A stretch of 32,000 bases of DNA, taken from NCBI GenBank assembly GCA_963845385.1, contig CAWJRW010000006.1, positions 1,142,274 to 1,174,273 on the forward strand, in the 5' to 3' direction. This stretch comes from an uncultured Alphaproteobacteria bacterium. Lineage in GTDB: Bacteria > Pseudomonadota > Alphaproteobacteria > CAWJRW01. Every line of letters begins with the position of its first letter. Position 1 is the stretch's first letter. Shown piece by piece: positions 10,437-18,644 of the stretch. The notes beneath the pieces were generated by a model, which was given only the letters and a program-made list of their open reading frames with translations, was not told the origin of the DNA and made no database searches. The translations under genes were made by a program, and so were the position numbers.

Positions 10437-11806
10437 CGAATTTCCTCCGCGCTGCGCACGGCGATGCGGGCCGGGTCGATCGTGTTGTCGATGAGCACAA
10501 GCGAGCCGTTCTGGAGCTTGTTCTGGCCGGCGGTGACGACCTTCTGTCCGGCTGTCAAACCCTTCTCGATCGCGACCATGCCGTTGTCGCGCGGGCCCAC
10601 GGTGACGTAGACCTGGCGGACGACGGAGGGCATCTGCTTGCCGGGCGTCATCGCGGCGGCTTTCCGCGCGCCGGCGGCAGCATCGCCCTCGGGCGCCTCG
10701 ACGACATAGACGTAATCGCCATAGAGGCTCGAGATCACCGCCGTTTGCGGCAAGGCGATGACGCCCGTTTGCGCGGGCATTTCGATGCGCGCGCGCAAGA
10801 ATTGCCCCGGCAGGACGCGGCCATCGGCGTTGTCGAGCTCGGCCTGAACGGCAACAAGCCGCGTTTGGGGATCGACCTTGGGATCGATGCCCGTGATCAC
10901 GCCCATGAATTCCGGCGTGTCCGGCCCCACGCTGAAATGCGTGGTCTGGCCGACATGAACAAATGACGCGGACTGCTCCGGAACCGTGAAATCCACGCGC
11001 ATGCGCGCGAGATCCTGAAAGGTGACGACGATGGTTCCGGGCTCCACATATTGACCGACATCGACGCGCGCAATTCCGAGGATGCCGTCGAAGGGCGCCT
11101 TGAGGGCCTTCTGGTCGAGAATGGCCTGCAGCCGCGCATCGGTCGACTTCGCAACGTCGAGCTGGGCGCGCGCGTCGTCGAGAGCCGCCTGCGAGCTCAC
11201 GCCTTTCCGGCGGAGCTCGGTCTGGCGCGCGAGCTGGTTTTCGTAGAGCTTGATGTTGGCTTCGGCCGCGATCAGATCGGCGCGCTCGACCGCGTCGTCG
11301 ATCTGCACGAGCACCTGGCCCGCCGTCGCGTGCTCATTGGCCTTGAAGTTGATGGCCGTGACGACGCCGCCCGTCTCGACCGCAATGTCGACGCCGTGCA
11401 CCGCTTTCGCGGTGCCGACGGCTTCTATACCCGGCGTCCAGGTGACGGGCGACACTTCCGTGGCCGAGATGGTCGCCACGGGCGGGGGCATGTGGCTCAT
11501 GAAGAAGCCCATGAGCCCTTGCATGCCGAGATTGTAGACCACGAGCAGCGCGCAGACGGCGCCGACCACGAACAAGAGCTTGAAGCGCGGCGAGCGTCGT
11601 GTGAACCACCGAAAGCGCGGCCATCTGAGCCGAGGCCCGCGCAGACGCCGCGACAAGCGCTTGCGCAGTTGGCGCGGCCGATTGTGCGGATCCTCGCGCG
11701 CGACCTCTGGCGCCTCGCCCGCCGCATCGGGGGCTTTGCGCGCGTCTCGCTCAGCGTCCTCGCGCAGCGGCTGGGCGTCATCCAGTGGCTTCGGTTGCAA
11801 TCCCAT
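10433..11806 (-). CDS. efflux RND periplasmic adaptor (membrane fusion protein, HlyD/AcrA family)
   Basis: 457-aa ORF with a single TM anchor (FKLLFVVGAVCALLVVYNL). It has a lipoyl / coiled-coil / beta-barrel pattern (GVVTAINFKANEHATAGQVLVQIDD, LKAPFDGILGIARVDVGQYV). It is translationally coupled to the RND gene. The Arg-rich 75-aa N-terminal extension makes the exact start uncertain; there is an in-frame TTG further downstream. Confidence 0.9.
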   Translation of the reverse strand: MGLQPKPLDDAQPLREDAERDARKAPDAAGEAPEVAREDPHNRPRQLRKRLSRRLRGPRLRWPRFRWFTRRSPRFKLLFVVGAVCALLVVYNLGMQGLMGFFMSHMPPPVATISATEVSPVTWTPGIEAVGTAKAVHGVDIAVETGGVVTAINFKANEHATAGQVLVQIDDAVERADLIAAEANIKLYENQLARQTELRRKGVSSQAALDDARAQLDVAKSTDARLQAILDQKALKAPFDGILGIARVDVGQYVEPGTIVVTFQDLARMRVDFTVPEQSASFVHVGQTTHFSVGPDTPEFMGVITGIDPKVDPQTRLVAVQAELDNADGRVLPGQFLRARIEMPAQTGVIALPQTAVISSLYGDYVYVVEAPEGDAAAGARKAAAMTPGKQMPSVVRQVYVTVGPRDNGMVAIEKGLTAGQKVVTAGQNKLQNGSLVLIDNTIDPARIAVRSAEEIR

Positions 11807-11906
11807 GAGCCGTGAGCTTTGGCCCCCTCCGACGACGGCGCCCTCCGAAAAAAGCCGGGGACCCTATCACAAGAAGCATTGACGTGACGTTGCAATTTCT
11901 CGTAGG

Positions 11907-11926
11907 TATACCGTCCGGATGGTATA
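11907..11926. promoter_or_regulatory. imperfect 20-bp palindrome in the TetR / efflux divergent intergenic region (candidate TetR operator)
   Basis: The sequence tataccgtccggatggtata differs from its reverse complement tataccatccggacggtata at one symmetric position. It lies 38 nt upstream of the TetR ATG (11964) and 100 nt upstream of the adaptor start (11806). Confidence 0.4.
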
Positions 11927-11963
11927 GTCAAGTTGGGCAGGACGCAATCGGGGCCTTAACAAG

Positions 11964-12623
11964 ATGAGCCTTTCACAGGCCGCCAAGCCCCCCAGGGAGC
12001 GCGCAAACTCGCGCAAGGCCATTCTCGACGCGGCGGTGGCGCTCGTGGCCGAGATGGGCGCCGCCCATCTCACGCTCGAGGCGGTCGCGCAGCGCGCGGG
12101 CATCAGCAAGGGCGGGCTTCTCTACAACTTTCCAACCAAGCTTGCCCTCCTCCAGGCAATGATCGAGAGCTATGTCGAAGGATTCCTCGCGCTTGCAACG
12201 TCGGAAAATGGAAAGGCGCAAGAAGGCGCGAGCCGTGCCTTGCGCGAGCTGCTTCAGTCGAGACTCGGGATTTCGAGCAAAGAGCCCCCTTCCAAGCGGC
12301 CGCACGGAATTCTCGCCGCCATGGTCGAGCATCCGCAACTTCTCGATCCCATTCGCGCGCTCCATCGCACGCTTTGGGCGCGCTTGAAGGAAACGCGGCG
12401 CGATCACGAGAATGTGTTGCTCGGCTGGCTCGCGATCGAAGGCCTCTTGTCGTTCGAGCTGTTCAACACGACCCCGCTCACCGCCGGCGACCGTGCGCGT
12501 CTCGTACGTTTGGCCACGCGGCTCATCGAAGGCGACCTCGTACTCACCGAGGGGGAGCGCGCTCAACCGTCCCAGCCGGCGCACAACATCCGCAAGAAGA
12601 GAGAAGACATCCCCGCGCGTTGA
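11964..12623 (+). CDS. TetR/AcrR-family transcriptional regulator
   Basis: N-terminal HTH ILDAAVALVAEMGAAHLTLEAVAQRAGISKGGLLYNFPTK. The gene is divergent from the RND operon, which is the typical local-repressor arrangement. Confidence 0.9.
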   Translation: MSLSQAAKPPRERANSRKAILDAAVALVAEMGAAHLTLEAVAQRAGISKGGLLYNFPTKLALLQAMIESYVEGFLALATSENGKAQEGASRALRELLQSRLGISSKEPPSKRPHGILAAMVEHPQLLDPIRALHRTLWARLKETRRDHENVLLGWLAIEGLLSFELFNTTPLTAGDRARLVRLATRLIEGDLVLTEGERAQPSQPAHNIRKKREDIPAR

Positions 12624-12712
12624 AGCCTTTCCACGGCGCGTGACGAACGGATGACAAGCCGCGCGCCATCCCCTAGGCTCCGACCACAAGAACTCGACGG
12701 GCGGAGATCGCG

Positions 12713-13795
12713 ATGGGAAATCCGCAAGACGAGCCCGAAGCTTCGCCTTCGGCAGCGTCGCGGGAACCCGCTGAGCAGCCGGCAAATCCAGGTCCGGCGC
12801 AAGCGCCTGCAACGCGCGCAGACCTCAGGCCCAACCGCTCGCGCCCCGGCTCTCGCTTCGCCCGAAAGACGCCCGTGCGCCAAGACGCGCCAAGCGAGGA
12901 TGCGCCGGCGCAGGCCCCGCCCTGTCCGAACCTCACGCCGGCCCCATCGCCCGCCTCTGCGCCGACGGCGGCCGCACGCAAGATCGCCTTCATCGCGCGC
13001 CACAGCTTGGCGGTGCGCGCGACGCATTGGCTCAATGTCGTGATCCTCACGATCATGCTGATGAGCGGTCTGCAGATCTTCAACGCACACCCCGCGCTCT
13101 ATTGGGGCGCGCGCTCGGACTTCGAGCGTCCGCTGCTCGCGATGAAGGCCGAGACAGCCGAAGACGGCGCGCTTGTCGGCGTCACGACGCTGTTCGGTTC
13201 CCGTCTCGAGACGACAGGCGTTCTCGGCGTGTCGAACTACAGAGGAGAGCCCGAGGCACGCGGCTTTCCCGCCTGGATCACCCTTCCCGGCGCGCGTTGG
13301 CTCGCCATGGGACGGAGTTGGCATTTCTTCTTCGCCTGGCTCTTCGTGCTCAACGGCCTCGCCTATATCGCTTATGCGCTCATCCGCCGTCACCTGCAGA
13401 AGGATCTCCTGCCGACCAGAGACGAGCTTCGCCATATCGGGCGCACGATCGTGGATCACATGCGCTTCCGCTTCCACAGGGGCCGGGAAGCGCGTCACTA
13501 CAACGTGCTGCAGAAGCTCGCTTATCTCGGCGTCGTGTTCGTGCTGGGACCGCTCGTCGTGCTTACGGGGCTTTCCATGTCGCCCACCATCGACGCGGCC
13601 TTCCCGTGGCTGCCCGAGCTTTTCGGCGGACGGCAAAGCGCGCGCACCATTCATTTCCTCTGCGCGGCGGGCTTCGTCGGGTTCTTTCTGATCCATGTCT
13701 TCATGGTTCTGGTGTCGGGCGTGTGGAACAACATTCGCTCCATGATCACGGGGCGTTATGCGATCGACGTGACGGGCGACGGCGATGGACACTGA
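12713..13795 (+). CDS. cytochrome b561 / PhsC-like membrane di-haem subunit with an N-terminal Pro/Ala-rich extension
   Basis: ATG 12713 is preceded by GGAG (12703-12706). The first 88 or so residues are low-complexity P/A/S. The cytochrome b core follows: RHSLAVRATHWLNVVILTIMLMSGLQIF, SWHFFFAWLFVLNGLAYI, NVLQKLAYLGVVFVLGPLVVLTG, RTIHFLCAAGFVGFFLIHVFMV. It overlaps the next gene by 11 nt. Confidence 0.8.
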   Translation: MGNPQDEPEASPSAASREPAEQPANPGPAQAPATRADLRPNRSRPGSRFARKTPVRQDAPSEDAPAQAPPCPNLTPAPSPASAPTAAARKIAFIARHSLAVRATHWLNVVILTIMLMSGLQIFNAHPALYWGARSDFERPLLAMKAETAEDGALVGVTTLFGSRLETTGVLGVSNYRGEPEARGFPAWITLPGARWLAMGRSWHFFFAWLFVLNGLAYIAYALIRRHLQKDLLPTRDELRHIGRTIVDHMRFRFHRGREARHYNVLQKLAYLGVVFVLGPLVVLTGLSMSPTIDAAFPWLPELFGGRQSARTIHFLCAAGFVGFFLIHVFMVLVSGVWNNIRSMITGRYAIDVTGDGDGH

Positions 13796-14566
13796 GAAAA
13801 AAGGCGGCCGCATCATCGCGCGCCGGCGGTTTCTCGCGCGCAGCGCGGCGCTCACGGGAACGCTGCTCGTCGGCGGCTGCGGCGACGAGATGTCGAGCAA
13901 CGATCGGGTGCAACGCACGCTCGGCCGCGCCGAGGGACTCAACCGAAGGGTTCAGCGCTTTCTCGCGGGGCGCGGCGCGCTGGCGCGCGAATACACGATG
14001 GCCGATCTTTCGCCGGCCTTCAGGGCAAACGGCTCGACGCAGCCCGGCGATCCCGGCTACTTCATCCACGCGCTCAGCCAGTTTGCCAATTGGCGCCTCG
14101 AAGTGGGCGGCCTCGTGCGCAGGCCCATGCGTCTTTCGCTCGCGGAATTGCGCCTCCTGCCCGCGCGCACGCAAATCACGCGCCACGATTGCGTGGAGGG
14201 ATGGAGCTGCATCGGCAAATGGACCGGCGCGCGCTTGGGGGCGGTCCTCGATCTCGCGGAGCCCTTGCCCAACGCGCGATACGTGGTCTTCCACTGCGCC
14301 GACAGGCTGGGCGGAGCCAGTACTACGAGAGCATCGACTTTTTCGACGCCTATCACCCGCAGAGCATTCTCGCTTACGATATGAACGATCTGCCGCTCCC
14401 CATCGCCCACGGCGCGCCCCTGCGCGTCCGGCTCGAGCGCATGCTGGGCTACAAGATGGCGAAATACATCATGCGCATCGAGCTCGTCGAAAGCTTCGGA
14501 CATCTCGGTGACGGCAAAGGCGGCTATTGGGAAGACCGCGGCTACGAGTGGTATGCGGGGATCTGA
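13785..14566 (+). CDS. molybdopterin-dependent oxidoreductase (sulfite-oxidase / YedY-MsrP fold), Tat signal; apparent 1-nt frameshift
   Basis: Tat motif ARRRFLARSAALTG. RHDCVEGWSCIGKWTGARLGAVL and ARYVVFHCADRLGG lie in ORF 13785..14384. The reading then continues YYESIDFFDAYHPQSILAYDMNDLPLPIAHGAPLRVRLERMLGYKMAKYIMRIELV in ORF 14090..14566, with the shift near 14311-14322. The span is 782 nt (3n+2). Confidence 0.85.
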
Positions 14567-14589
14567 GCCGCGCAGCTTTCCCCGATTGC

Positions 14590-15882
14590 TTAGTTGCGGT
14601 GGGTCCTGAGAAACAAGGCCGGGATCGCGGAGCACAAAACCACCACTGCGAGCGCGATCATCGCCGGTGTGTAGCTATCCATGCGCTCCTGGAGCCAAGC
14701 GACGCCCGGCGCACCGCCCGAGCTCAGCGGCATGAACAGAGCCATGAGGCCGAAGGCGCGCCCAAACGAGCGTCCGAAGGTATAGGAAAAGGACGCCCCC
14801 ATCATGGGCAAGATGCCGCCCGCGGCAATGCCGAGAAACATCGCGGCGGCTGCTACGCCCGTGAACCCCGACGCGAGCCCAAGCGCGACGTAAGCTAGGG
14901 CGCTCAGGACCGAGGCCAAGCAGAACAAGAGCCGGTGTTCCACGCGGTCGGCGAAATGGCCCCAAACGAATTTCGCCGCAAGAAGCATCGACGCCATCAG
15001 GGAGAACAAGGTCCCGGCCTGCACCGGCGTGAAGCCGCGCTCGGCGGCGTAGGCGGCGAGATTTGCCTGGAAGCCGCCGAGACACGCGACGACGGGAATG
15101 ATGATCAGGCACATGGCCCAAAAGTTCCGCTCACGGAAGATCGCCCGCGCGGTGAACTCCTTTTCGGCGGGAGGCTCGGCTTGCGCCGGACTTTTACCCG
15201 CGGTCAAGTCACTGGCGGCAGGACCGTTTCTAATGACCGCCAAGACCAAAGGCAGGATCAAGACAAGAGAGCCGATCGCAAGCAGGTCGAGCGTGTGCCG
15301 CCAGCCGAATTCCCCGATCATCCACACGACAGTCGGCGGAGTGACGATGGCGCCGAGGGAGATGCCGGTCGAGGCAAGCCCAATTGCGAGCCCGCGGCGC
15401 TTTGGAAACCAGCGCGCCGCCAGCACTTGCGCCGAAAGATTTCCCGCAAAGCTGAAGCCCAAAGCCAAGACCGTGCTGTAAACCACGGTGACTTGCCACA
15501 CGGCCGTCACCATGGACAGCAAGGCCAATCCCGCCGAGAACGCCACCATGCCTCCGGCCACGAGCGCGCGCAGGGACATGGTGTCGATGGCCCGTCCGAC
15601 GAACGGTCCAAGGGCCGCGCCGACAAAAGCGGGAACCGTCATGGCAAGCATGATGTGACTGCGCGCGACGCCGAATTCGGTCACCCATTTCTCGGCGTAG
15701 AAGGTGAAGCAGCTGAACGGGACGGCGAATGTAACCGCCTGAAAGAGGAGGCTTACGGCAAGGACGTTCCAGCCCCAATACCAGGGCGTGCGCAATCTGG
15801 GCATTCGATCGAGCGCCGGGCGCAAAGCCGACGGCCAGCGCAGCACACGAATGCCGCCGACCCGCTTCTCTGCGGTCTGCAT
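14590..15882 (-). CDS. MFS transporter
   Basis: Intact 430-aa ORF with about 12 hydrophobic helices. It has the MFS loop motif (GRAIDTMSLRAL, WFPKRRGLAIG) and a central hydrophilic loop. Confidence 0.9.
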   Translation of the reverse strand: MQTAEKRVGGIRVLRWPSALRPALDRMPRLRTPWYWGWNVLAVSLLFQAVTFAVPFSCFTFYAEKWVTEFGVARSHIMLAMTVPAFVGAALGPFVGRAIDTMSLRALVAGGMVAFSAGLALLSMVTAVWQVTVVYSTVLALGFSFAGNLSAQVLAARWFPKRRGLAIGLASTGISLGAIVTPPTVVWMIGEFGWRHTLDLLAIGSLVLILPLVLAVIRNGPAASDLTAGKSPAQAEPPAEKEFTARAIFRERNFWAMCLIIIPVVACLGGFQANLAAYAAERGFTPVQAGTLFSLMASMLLAAKFVWGHFADRVEHRLLFCLASVLSALAYVALGLASGFTGVAAAAMFLGIAAGGILPMMGASFSYTFGRSFGRAFGLMALFMPLSSGGAPGVAWLQERMDSYTPAMIALAVVVLCSAIPALFLRTHRN

Positions 15883-16015
15883 TGGCTCGAGCGGACCTCC
15901 CTGTCGTTTTTTCCGATGCTAGTTTGGCTATCGCCAACGCGCAATACGGAATAGTCGAACCAGCGCCCGTTTGCCGTGCGCGAGCGATGCGCAAGTTCTA
16001 TGTTAGCGATAGAAT

Positions 16016-18517
16016 TTGGCGGAAAAGCCGCAGCGCGCTCGGGTGAGGAGAACAAAACCGGTGGCCCCATACAGCTCCGCGACCCCGGTGCGTACCAAGA
16101 GCACGCCGAACGAAATCCTGAGCTTCGTGCTCGTGCGTTTCGCCATTGTGGGCGGGGTGCTCGCGCTTGTGGGCTACATCCTGCGCGCGGATTCCTGGAC
16201 GCATCCCTCGCTGGGCAACATTCTCCTCGACATTTCCGACACGCTCTACAGGACGATCCGCATGTTCTTGCTGGGCGGCGACGTTGCGCGCGGCGAGGGT
16301 GACGGATCGTTGCGCTGGACCGTCTCCACAGGGCTCCTCCATGTGGCGCGATTTCTCGCGCCGGTGTCGTTCTACGGCATGCTCTTTCGGGTGCTCTTCG
16401 GACTGGTGCGGCCGCATCTTCAACGGCGCCGGCTTTCGCACTTGCGCAACCACACCATCGTTTGCGGCCTCGGCGAAACCGGACAGCAATTCGTGCTCAA
16501 CCTCATGCGCCGCGATCCGCAAGCCGCGCGCAGCACCGTCGCCATCGAAAGCCGCGACGTCGAGGCGGCGCGCGCCTTTGCGGCGCCGCTCGGCATCGAG
16601 CTCGTCGAGGCGAGCCCGCGCGAGGCGCAATCGCTCATCCGCGCCAATGTCAAGGACGCCGCAGGTCTCGTCATCGCGACCGACGACGACTCGGCCAATC
16701 TCGACATTGCGGCGCTCTTGCCGGGCCTGGTTGCGACACGCAGCGCCGAGGCTCCCCTCGAAGCGCATATGGAGGTGCGCAACGACACGCTCTTGAAGGA
16801 GCTCACCGACCGCGACGCGTTCTTGCGCCCGTCCGAGCGACTGGAGTTGCGCCCCTTCAACGTCGACGTGCTCGTCGCCCGCCGCTTCTTCGCCGAGCAT
16901 AATTTGATGGCTGAGGCCGAGCTGCGCGACCAGAAGCAGGTTCATTTCCTGTTCGTCGGCTTCGATTCCGTGGGGCTTCAAGTCATGTTGCAGCTCGCGC
17001 GCATCTCGCCCTATCGCAATTTCGCGCGGGCCCTTGTGACGCTCTTGGTCGCAGCGCCCGAGGATTGCCGCGAGGCCTTGAGCGCCACCTATCCCGAGCT
17101 CGCGGGGGGAAACGGCGAGGCGGATGCGGACAAGGTCGTGGACCTCAAGCTCGAGCGCTGGGCCGCCGAGCAGGACGGGCTGCCGCCCGCCTTGATGCGC
17201 GCGGTCGAAGCCGATGCCGAGATCACCGCCATCATCGTCTGCCTCGGCGAAGACGCGCTCAACGCGCGCACCGCGCTTCTCATCCGCTCGCTATCGCAAC
17301 GCGAGGCGCGCTGGCGGGCGCCCATCTACGTCCACCAGCGCGGCGTCGGCGGCCTTGGCCGCTTCGTGCAGGCGAGCACGGGCGCCAAGGACTTCGTCGA
17401 GATCATCGAGCCTTTCGGCATGCTCGACGAGATTTGCCGCGTGGAGGATCTCGGCGGGGAGAGCGACGCGGTGGCGAAAGTCTTGCACGAGGGCTATCTC
17501 GCGCTGCGCAGCGAAAGCGGATCGGGCGAGCCTTCGCCCAGCATGCGGCCATGGAACAGGCTCGACGAGATCTACCGCCGCGCCAACCGCCGCGCGGCCG
17601 ACCATATTCCCGTGAAGCTCGCAAGCGCAGGCTTTCACGTGACGGGCCGTCCCTTCGCGCGCCGGCGTGGAAGGCCTTTCGACCTCAGTCCCGATGAGCT
17701 GCGCGAGCTCGCGCGGCTCGAGCACGAATCCTGGATGAACGGCCAGAAGCTTGCGGGCTGGCGCCGCGGCGCGCTGCGCGACGAGCGGCGCCGCTATCAC
17801 GAGTTCCTTGTTCCCTTCGACGCGCTCTCCAAAGCCGTCCAGGACTACGACTACGATCAAGTGCGGGTCGTCTTGGAGAAGGTCGTGCGCGAAGCCGACG
17901 CCGACAGAGCAACGGTCTTTCGCGAACGCCGCATCGGGCTTTTCGCCGAGCCGCATTTGACCGAAGTGGAGACGGCCGCGGCTCTGCGCGATTTTTCCGA
18001 CCGCACGCTGCCGGCGTTGTTGTCGCGTTACGAGGGCTGCTGGCTCACCATCATGACGCGTCTTTCTCCCGGTGCCGAGCTTTCGCTGTGCGAGACGCTT
18101 GTTTCGACACTCGATGCGGCGGCCCGCAGGGCGTGGCGCTTGATCGTCGTGAGGGGCACTCCGGAAAGCATCGCCTTGCGGGGCGAGGCCGTGGCGCCGA
18201 CGGGTGCGAGCGAGCCCCGGCAAGACGCCATCCGCGCAGACGAGCTGGCTCGGCGTCTTGCCATCATCGCCCGCCCCGAGACCGAGTTTACCGTCGACCT
18301 CACCCCGCCCGCCTTGCGGCTCGAGGATTGGCTTCAAGACGCCTCGCTGCGGGCGCGGGGCGATGCGCGGGCGCGCGACTACCTCTTGCGCAAGTGCGAC
18401 GTGGTCGTCGAGATCCCGGGTAAGGCCGTGCAGAGCGGGGGCATAAGTGTTAATGCCGACGCCGGACGCAGCCCAAGGCCCGGCGCCGAAAGGCTTATTC
18501 GCCTTCCCTCGGGGTGA
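16016..18517 (+). CDS. 2TM channel-like / tandem TrkA_N (RCK-like) / RyR-domain protein with a C-terminal SLOG-like domain
   Basis: 833-codon ORF from TTG 16016. A better start is GTG 16061, preceded by AGGAGA 8 nt upstream. TM helices are ILSFVLVRFAIVGGVLALVGYIL and LLHVARFLAPVSFYGMLFRVLFGLV, flanking a pore-loop-like TLYRTIRMFLLGGD. Rossmann motif TIVCGLGETGQQF is followed by a second, degenerate one (VHFLFVGFDSVG). RyR-domain signatures are KVLHEGYLAL...RPWNRLDEIYRRANRRAADHIPVKL and LARLEHESWMNGQKLAGWRRG...YHEFLVPFDALSKAVQDYDYDQV. The C-terminal 180 or so residues resemble the N-terminal domain of the gene at 20096..21934. Confidence 0.85.
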   Translation: MAEKPQRARVRRTKPVAPYSSATPVRTKSTPNEILSFVLVRFAIVGGVLALVGYILRADSWTHPSLGNILLDISDTLYRTIRMFLLGGDVARGEGDGSLRWTVSTGLLHVARFLAPVSFYGMLFRVLFGLVRPHLQRRRLSHLRNHTIVCGLGETGQQFVLNLMRRDPQAARSTVAIESRDVEAARAFAAPLGIELVEASPREAQSLIRANVKDAAGLVIATDDDSANLDIAALLPGLVATRSAEAPLEAHMEVRNDTLLKELTDRDAFLRPSERLELRPFNVDVLVARRFFAEHNLMAEAELRDQKQVHFLFVGFDSVGLQVMLQLARISPYRNFARALVTLLVAAPEDCREALSATYPELAGGNGEADADKVVDLKLERWAAEQDGLPPALMRAVEADAEITAIIVCLGEDALNARTALLIRSLSQREARWRAPIYVHQRGVGGLGRFVQASTGAKDFVEIIEPFGMLDEICRVEDLGGESDAVAKVLHEGYLALRSESGSGEPSPSMRPWNRLDEIYRRANRRAADHIPVKLASAGFHVTGRPFARRRGRPFDLSPDELRELARLEHESWMNGQKLAGWRRGALRDERRRYHEFLVPFDALSKAVQDYDYDQVRVVLEKVVREADADRATVFRERRIGLFAEPHLTEVETAAALRDFSDRTLPALLSRYEGCWLTIMTRLSPGAELSLCETLVSTLDAAARRAWRLIVVRGTPESIALRGEAVAPTGASEPRQDAIRADELARRLAIIARPETEFTVDLTPPALRLEDWLQDASLRARGDARARDYLLRKCDVVVEIPGKAVQSGGISVNADAGRSPRPGAERLIRLPSG

Positions 18518-18644
18518 AGAGCCCGAGATTCCAATGCAGGATAATCCTGGCAGAGCATTGCGGAGCCGTGCCCGCTTACGCCATGATCGCGCCGCTCATG
18601 GTCGCTCTTAAGCGCCACAATGCGCCAGCCATGAGGGGGATACG

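Noticed and set aside
12563-13942. 459-aa minus-strand ORF opposite the cytochrome b gene
   Set aside because: It has no motifs and an Arg/Pro/Gly-rich composition. The plus-strand reading has clear cytochrome b helices with conserved His residues.
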